Shown here piece by piece: positions 56,455 to 64,000 of a stretch of 64,000 nt of DNA. The stretch spans positions 16,492,001 to 16,556,000 of the forward strand of contig OZ024766.1 in NCBI GenBank assembly GCA_964016885.1. Direction: 5' to 3'. The first letter of the stretch is position 1. Each line of letters starts with the position of its first letter. The stretch is from Eledone cirrhosa. Its lineage: Eukaryota. The translations under genes were made by a program, and so were the position numbers. The notes under the pieces were generated by a model that saw nothing but the letters and a program-made list of their open reading frames with translations, made no database searches and was not told where the DNA came from.

Positions 56455-58227
56455 TTATGGTTTCTTACCTGTATGGGTATATTTGTGTTTAGTTAAACTA
56501 CTTAATTGAGAGAATGATTTACTACAGATATCACAGTGATGTGGCTTCTCACCTGTATGGATACGTAAGTGTTGAGTTAAGTAACTTCTTCGAGAGAATG
56601 ATTTACCACAGATATGACAGTGATATGGCTTCTCTCCTGTATGAGTACGTATGTGAGAATTTATATTACTACTAAAAGAGAATGATTTACCACAGATATC
56701 ACAGTGATATGGTTTCTCTACTGTATGTATACGTTTGTGTGTAGTTAAGTTACCACTTCTAGAGAATGATTTACCACAGATATCACAGTGATATGGCTTG
56801 TCACCTGTATGGGTACGGATGTGATAAGTTAATATACTACTTAGAGAGAATGATTGACCACAGATATCACAGCGATATGGTTTCTCTCCTGTATGTATAC
56901 TTTTGTGACTAGTTAAATTACTATTAACAAAGAATGATTTACCACAGATATCACAGTGATAAGGCTTGTCTCCTGTATGAGTACGTATGTGAGAAGTTAA
57001 ATTACTACTAAAAGAGAATGATTTACCACAGATATCACAGTGATATGGCTTCTCTCCTGTATGTATATGTTTGTGTGTAGTTAAATGACTACTTCGAGAG
57101 AATGAATTACCACAGATATCACAGTGATATGGTTTCTCTCCTGTATGTATACGTTTGTGTCTAGTTAAGCTACCACTTTCAGAGAATGATTTACCACAGA
57201 TATCACAGTGATATGGCTTCTCACCTGTATGTGTACGTTTGTGTCTAGTTAATTCACTATTAACAAAGAATGATTTACCACAGATATCACAGCGATATGG
57301 TTTCTCACCTATATGTATAAGCATGTGGTTAGTTAATATACTACTTTTAGAGAATGATTTACCACAGTTATATGGTTTGTTTCCTGTATGGGTACTTTTG
57401 TGGCTAGTTAAGGTATCACTGTGAGAGAATGATTTACCACAGACATCACAGTGATATGGCTTATCACCTGTATGGGTACGGATGTGACAAGTTAATATAC
57501 TACTTCGAGAGAATGATTTACCACAGATATCACAGTGATATGGTTTATCACCTATATGTATACGCACGTGGCTAGTTAAATTACTCCTAAAAGAGAATGA
57601 TTTACTACAGATATCACAGTGATATGGCTTCTCACCTGTATGTGTACGTTTGTGTCTAGTTAATTCACTATTAACAAAGAATGATTTACCACAGATATCA
57701 CAGTGATATGGCTTCTCACCTGTATGTATACGCATGTGGCTATTTAAATTACCATTAACAAAGAATGATTTACCACAGATATCACAGTGATATGGCTTCT
57801 CTCCTGTATGTGTACGTTTGTGGCTAGTTAAGGTACTACTTTGAGAGAATGATTCACCACAGATATCACAGTGATATGGCTTCTCACCTGTATGTATACG
57901 CATGTGGCTAGTTAATTTACTATTAACAAAGAATGATTTATCACAGACATCACAGTGATATGGCTTCTCTACTGTATGTGTACGTTTGTGGCTTGTTAAA
58001 TTACCATTAACAAAGAATGATTTACCACAGATATCACAGTGATATGGCTTCTCTACTGTATGTATACGTTTGTGACTAGTTAATTTACTACTTTCAGAGA
58101 ATGATTTACCACAAACATCACAGTGATATGGCTTCTCTCCTCTATCCTTTGACATCTCTTCTGTAATAGCCATATCTTTAGACATTGTTTCACATTTAAT
58201 CTTCTTTTCACTCAATTTATTTTCCAT
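56455..58227 (-). CDS. C2H2 zinc-finger protein 7 (590 aa, 20 repeats, one defective); recent duplicate of gene 4
   Basis: Differs from gene 4 by three substitutions that I could see and a 3-aa deletion (PYNCGKSFS). Confidence 0.92.
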   Translation of the reverse strand: MENKLSEKKIKCETMSKDMAITEEMSKDRGEKPYHCDVCGKSFSESSKLTSHKRIHTVEKPYHCDICGKSFFVNGNLTSHKRTHTVEKPYHCDVCDKSFFVNSKLTSHMRIHTGEKPYHCDICGESFSQSSTLTSHKRTHTGEKPYHCDICGKSFFVNGNLNSHMRIHTGEKPYHCDICGKSFFVNSELTRHKRTHTGEKPYHCDICSKSFSFRSNLTSHVRIHIGDKPYHCDICGKSFSRSSILTCHIRTHTGDKPYHCDVCGKSFSHSDTLTSHKSTHTGNKPYNCGKSFSKSSILTNHMLIHIGEKPYRCDICGKSFFVNSELTRHKRTHTGEKPYHCDICGKSFSESGSLTRHKRIHTGEKPYHCDICGNSFSRSSHLTTHKHIHTGEKPYHCDICGKSFSFSSNLTSHIRTHTGDKPYHCDICGKSFFVNSNLTSHKSIHTGEKPYRCDICGQSFSLSSILTYHIRTHTGDKPYHCDICGKSFSRSGNLTTHKRIHTVEKPYHCDICGKSFSFSSNINSHIRTHTGEKPYHCHICGKSFSRRSYLTQHLRIHTGEKPHHCDICSKSFSQLSSLTKHKYTHTGKKP

Positions 58228-58601
58228 AATAATTCTTCTACCCTTGGCAGAATTTACAGATGTTATTCTTTAATATTTTTTTTCTTAAAAAATATTATTT
58301 CTGTCATATTTCCCTCAATTATGATCTCAGTTAATACCTGAAGATGATGCAAACTTCTTTGTCATTGAAGCTGAGTTAAAATACAAAATATATCTCTCAT
58401 ATATATATACCACACAGTGAAGAAAAGGAATTTTGTCTTTAAACTCAGTTCTGAGGAAATATATCACAGTAATTCTGATAGATTTATATAAACAGTGTTA
58501 TATAAGTTCTGTTTAAAAAGTTTTAATCTTCAAATGATGATAAATAGAGGTGATGTATCCAAGATTGAAGATAATAATTTATCCTAATGTCATCTGATAT
58601 T

Positions 58602-60644
58602 CTGAAATGAAAAAGAAACAGTATGAAATAATAGAGAATACTTAAGAAGCAGAGATAGATTTAACAGTGGAAATTTTACATCTATAAACCCTGGAAACTT
58701 TTTATTGAAAAATCAAATTATTTTAGTTTTTAATTAGTTACAAGAAATCTTTCTCCACACCTGCAACCATGAGTGTATCTGGGGTTCTTTTCTCTTCAGA
58801 GAGATGGATCCTCATGAGGTGGAGAGAATACTTTGCTGATCTCCCAAACCCGATCACAACAGCATCTTCGGATGTACATGAGGTGAATCTGATAGCGGTG
58901 ACTAATCTCTCGGAGGCTGAGGTCACAAGAGCAATTAAAGAGCTCAAATGTGACCGACTCATGTGTGTCAGATGGCCTGGGTCTCTGAAATGGCACTCAA
59001 GCAAAGGCAATCGGGAGTGATAATCCCAATTTATAAAAAGGGACACACGAGAGATTGTTCCAAATAGAGAGGGATCACCTTGTTAAGACTCCCTGGTAAA
59101 GTATATGCAAAGTTTCTGGCAAAGTGATGTAGCGAGTCCAAGCTAGCTGATGGACAGTGCTGTTTTCTCCCTGGGTGCAACATAACCCACCAAATATTCA
59201 CACAGTGGCAGGTCTTTGAGAAATCGTGGGAGTATTGCTAAGAGGTATATATTATCGTTTTATAGACCTTGAAAATGCACATGATCGCATTCTTCAGGAC
59301 CTGCTGTGAATACAGGAGTTCCCATGGGCAGCCAGTCTTAAACATTTCTGTTATAGGCTGCAGGACGATAATAACTAAGTGAGGGCTAAGAACAGAGCCC
59401 TGGTGGACACCAGACTACACTCCAAATTATTCACTATAATTGTTTCTATTTTAAACACAAGGCCAGCAATTACCCAGTACATTACTGGTACTTTATTTTA
59501 TCAACCCCGTATGGATGTAAGTCAAAGTTAACCTCGGCGGGATTTGAACTCAGATCATAAAGGGACGTAACTCTGTGCCTCAAAGAATGGTGTCCGACTC
59601 TCTACCGATACTGCCACTTCACTATAATGAATGTTAATCCTGACATTGCTGACTGCTCTTCTATACATGGCTTTATGATCCTGTATACAAGACATGTATC
59701 AGACGGTTATTCAGCTAGCTCTTTAGAGTATTAGAACCTTATTATGTACAGCCACCGAGATCCCACACCAACAGATGACCCTTCACCATCAAAGCAGTTC
59801 CCTGAAATACAGATACTCAACCACTACTTGGCTGGCTAATCAGACATAATTATAATGAAATGAAACCCACAATAAAGTAATGTTCAACCATAAGTAGATG
59901 AAGTTAATTAAATTGTAAGAGATTTAGATAACAAAAATATCTTTAACTTACTTAAAGCAATAACAAGGTACAGCTAAATATAAAATACATTTTATAATGT
60001 AAGGTAGTGAACAAGATAATTAAATAGACGGAGGTAATTTAGATAACAAAAATATCTTTAATTTACTTAAACCAATAACAAGGTACAGCTAAATATAAAA
60101 TACATTTTATAATGTAAGGTAGTGAACAAGATAATTAAATAGACGGAGTGAATTTAGATAACAAAAATATCTTTAATTTACTTAAACCAATAACAAGGTA
60201 CAGCTAAATATAAAATACATTTTATAATGTAAGGTAGTAAACCACATAATTAAATAGACGGGGTTAATTTAAATAATAAATATATCTTTAATTTACTTAA
60301 AGCAATGACAAGGTACAGCTAAATATAAACTATATTTTATAATGTCAGGTAGTGAACCACATAATTAAATAGACGGAGGTAATTTAAATAATAAATATAG
60401 CTTTAACTTACTTAAAGCAATAACAAGGTATCGCTGAATATAAACTATATTTTATAATGTACGGTAGTGAACAAGATAATTAAATAGACGGAGATAATTT
60501 AAATAATAAAGACAGTCATAACAATATATTTTATATCACATGTAACAGTGGAATCTGGTTAATTACTGGTGCGTTGTAGGGGTCACATAATTATATTATT
60601 TACACACATTAATATAGACATTAAGTAAATCTTTGTCAACTTAC
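58602..60644 (-). other. Predicted 5'-UTR intron of ZNF gene 7
   Basis: Conserved donor and acceptor; ~5 copies of the 115-bp repeat. Confidence 0.6.
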
Positions 60645-61537
60645 CTCCTTCACATACAATCAATGTATTGTGTTGTTAGTTGTTACTAAACAACCAAAGA
60701 AATAATCTCTTTGTTATCAAATTAGAAGTTTCAATGTTATCAGCTTTATTTCACGACATTAACGTTGGTGTATCTTCTTCATCTTTAGTCATAAATTGAT
60801 ATCTTGTCAGAATGAAGTAGTGAGGCTGACTTTATGTCTTTAGCTACAGATTTGATAGGAAATATATATATATTAGGATGATATGTGGTCTAAAATATAT
60901 ATGTTGTCTATAAATGACTGAGAGCAGATGTTCTGGTGAAATAGTAGTTTTACTACTACAGATTATAATGGAACTCTTAGTAGACACAATTGTAAAGTAA
61001 GAATAGATATGACAGTGTAAGACTGATGTCGGGGAATTAATATTGTGTGTGTATATATATATATAATTGTTATACAAGATATAATTAGATTAATTAAAGT
61101 TATAATGAAGACAACAAGTACTCGGTGTCTTAGTGAATGTTTCAACTCTCGTACGGTGTCAAACGTTAAAAGGCCCTGACATAATTTAATACCTTGAGAC
61201 ACAGTTCCAGTCGTATTTAATTCTATAGTGATGTGATTTATTAAAAAGAAATGTGATAATTGTTTCTACTTTTGGCACAAGGCCAGCAATTACCCTAGTG
61301 TATTACTGGTACATTATTTTATCGACCCCGTAATAATTGTTTCTACTTTAGGCACAAGGCCAGTAAATACGCCAGTGCATTACTGGTACTATATTTTATC
61401 GACCCTGTAATAATTTTTTCTACATTAGGCACAAGGCCAGCAATACCCCAGTACATTACTGGTACTTTATTTTACCGACCCCGTAGGGATGAAAGGCAAA
61501 GCTAACCTCTGAGGGATTAACTTTGCTTTTCATCCTT

Positions 61538-61931
61538 ATCTCTATACATATAGAAAATGGACAGAGTGTGTACTTCACTGAAACCACTGCTCATCAGTTG
61601 AGACCAGCACCACCTGACACTACTCTAACTGCTTTTTTGAAACTCTGCCAGAATAACGAATTTGTTCGATCCCTCCTATATGCTGACATCCCAAAATACT
61701 ACACCTGGACCTATTGTAAGACTTGGAATCAAAGGAAGCAGGGTCATTTAGTGGAAGGTGATGAAGTCAAGGCAAGTGATGCTATTGGGCATGTTTACGA
61801 TGACCACCCCAACAACAGAGAGAGTTTTTATTTACAGCCACTTCTGCTTATTTTTCGAGGACCAACGTCATTTGAGGATCTCAGGTGATTTGGTGGAAGA
61901 GTGCAGCACATACCAAGAAGCATTTATAGAA
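61538..61931 (+). mobile_element. Helitron RepHel fragment, 5' part
   Basis: ORF 61523..61888. Confidence 0.85.
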
Positions 61932-62832
61932 CATCAAATCCTGCATGGCAATTGATATTGGAAGAAGAGACAAGAAGGGGCAGTCACTGGAGTAGCCAGT
62001 TAAATAAGACAGCCATGGACACCTGTATGACAACTGACATTGGAAGAAGGGACTAGAAGGAACAGTCACTGGAGTAGCCAGTTAAATAAGACAACCATGG
62101 ACACCTGTATGACAACTGACATTGGAAGAAGAGACTAGAAAGAGCAATCACTGGAGTAGCTAGTTAAATAAGACAGCCATGGACACCTGTATGACAACTG
62201 ACATTGGAAGAGACTAGGAGTAGTCACTGGAGTAGCTAGTTGTATAAGACAGCCATGGACTCCTGTATGACAAATGACATTGGAAGAAGGGATTAGAAGG
62301 AGCAGTCACTAGAGTAGCCAGTTAAATAAGACAGCCATGGACTCCTGTATGACAACTGACATTGGTAGAAGAGACTAGAAGGAGCAGTCACTGGAGTAGC
62401 CAGTTAAATAAGACAGCCATGGACACCTGTATGGCAACTGACATTGGAAGAAGGCACTAGAAGGGGCAGTCACTGGAGTAGCCAGTTAAATAAGACAGCC
62501 ATGGACTCCTGTATGACAACTAACATTGGAAGAAGAGATTAGAAGGAGCAGTCACTGGAGTAACCAGTTAAATAAGACAGCCATGGACACCTGTATGGCA
62601 ATTGATATTGGAAGAAGAGACTAGAAGGGGCAGTCACTGGAGTAGCTAGTTAAATAAGACAGCCATGGACACCTGTATGACAACTGACATTGGAAGAAGA
62701 GACTAGAAGGGGCAGTCACTGGAGTAGCCAGTTAAATAAGACAGTCATGGACACCTGTATGACAACTGACATTGGAAGAAGAGACTAGAAGGGGCAGTCA
62801 CTGGAGTAGCCAGTTAAATAAGACAGCCATGG
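61932..62832 (+). repeat. 82-bp satellite array (~11 monomers), 3' flank deleted
   Basis: Same variants and junction as 22621-23521. Confidence 0.95.
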
Positions 62833-63786
62833 ATATATATATATATCAACTAGAAATTGATTGACATATAAATAAACATATGAAACAATCACAGGGGATA
62901 ATTTGTAAAAGTGTGTAAGCACACATAGCTAGGTAGGTAACTAAATAAAGTTTAACTAGAACTTCAAAAATAGATACCTTAGAAAACGATTAATCTTCCT
63001 TGTCTATATTCCATTAAAGAAATATATTTCACCAATTAATCGATTGGTAAACGACAGTAGCCAGATCTTGGATTCTCAACCAGGAAGAAGTCCAACCATC
63101 TGTGTTTACGCATCAAGTTCAAATCAGCGACTGACCAGTAACACGTGCTGTATCTACTAAATATACACACATCATACCAGCTTCGTCCCAGTGGCGTGAA
63201 TAGGGTTATTGACTACTAGAAACAGCAGTCAGGTCCTTTCAACAGGAGTTAGCTCTACAATTAAGAGGCCGTATTTATATATATATTTCCAAAATTAAGA
63301 TAAATTAAAATAAAATTAATCTAAATCAAATTATGGGTGTAATGCCAGAAAGACATGCACCATATCACCCGTAAAATAAGCTCCATGGAGCTTATTTTAC
63401 GGGTGATATGTCACATGTCTTTCTGGCATGACTCCCATAATTTGATTTACATTAATTTTATGTTAATTTATCTTAATTTTGGATATATATATATAAATAC
63501 AGAGAAAGAGAAGAGTAGACAAACAGACAATGACAAAGAAGAGGAATTAACCACCCCAGTATTTCACTGGTATTTCATTTATTGGCCTCAAAATATCGAA
63601 GCAAATTTACCTCAGTAGGATTTGTACTCTGAGAACTAGAACAGACACTGAAAATATATCAAGATGTGCACACATGTATATAAGAACACATATAAACATA
63701 CACATACATATATACACACACACATATACACAAATACAGATAATCATTTTCATGGACAGAAACTTCTACACACTGACATATACACT

Positions 63787-63823
<37 letters not shown>

Positions 63824-63828
<5 letters not shown>

Positions 63829-63946
63829 AAAATGTTTAACCCCGATGGCAGAGCTCAAGCCATTTCGACGGTTATTTCTGGACTGTTTCCAGAAATAGCC
63901 GTCGAAACGGATTGAGCTCTGCCGTCGGGGTTAAACATTTTCCTAT
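63824..63946. repeat. Palindrome A, copy 8 (suggests another ZNF cassette beyond the window)
   Basis: Same fold-back sequence and downstream flank. Confidence 0.85.
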
Positions 63947-64000
63947 TACCCGCTCTACTACCCTAAGTATCGAGTACTCTGGTGCGTATATGGTCCATCT

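Overview
AT-rich eukaryotic DNA, most likely a coleoid cephalopod such as Octopus (inferred from [15 protein letters not shown]-type fingers, CORE-type tRNA SINEs and RTE-type LINEs with (GAT)n tails). The window is a head-to-tail array of one ~6-16 kb cassette: seven copies plus the start of an eighth. Each cassette carries a minus-strand C2H2 zinc-finger gene with a single coding exon, a 33-aa leader, 5-20 finger repeats and no recognisable KRAB/SCAN/BTB domain. The gene has decayed fingers in its 3' UTR and a predicted 5'-UTR intron holding RT fragments, a SINE and a 115-bp minisatellite. Upstream lie a 77-bp SINE-tail repeat, a dead Helitron RepHel fragment and two long palindromes. The most striking feature is an 82-bp satellite (0 to ~83 copies per cassette, with higher-order repeats) that is an amplified piece of the Helitron reading frame, still at its native position in that frame. 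Cassettes show finger shuffling, recurrent microhomology deletions, chimeric recombination and pseudogenisation. All homology calls are by eye from remembered consensus motifs; no searches were run, and non-ORF coordinates are approximate.
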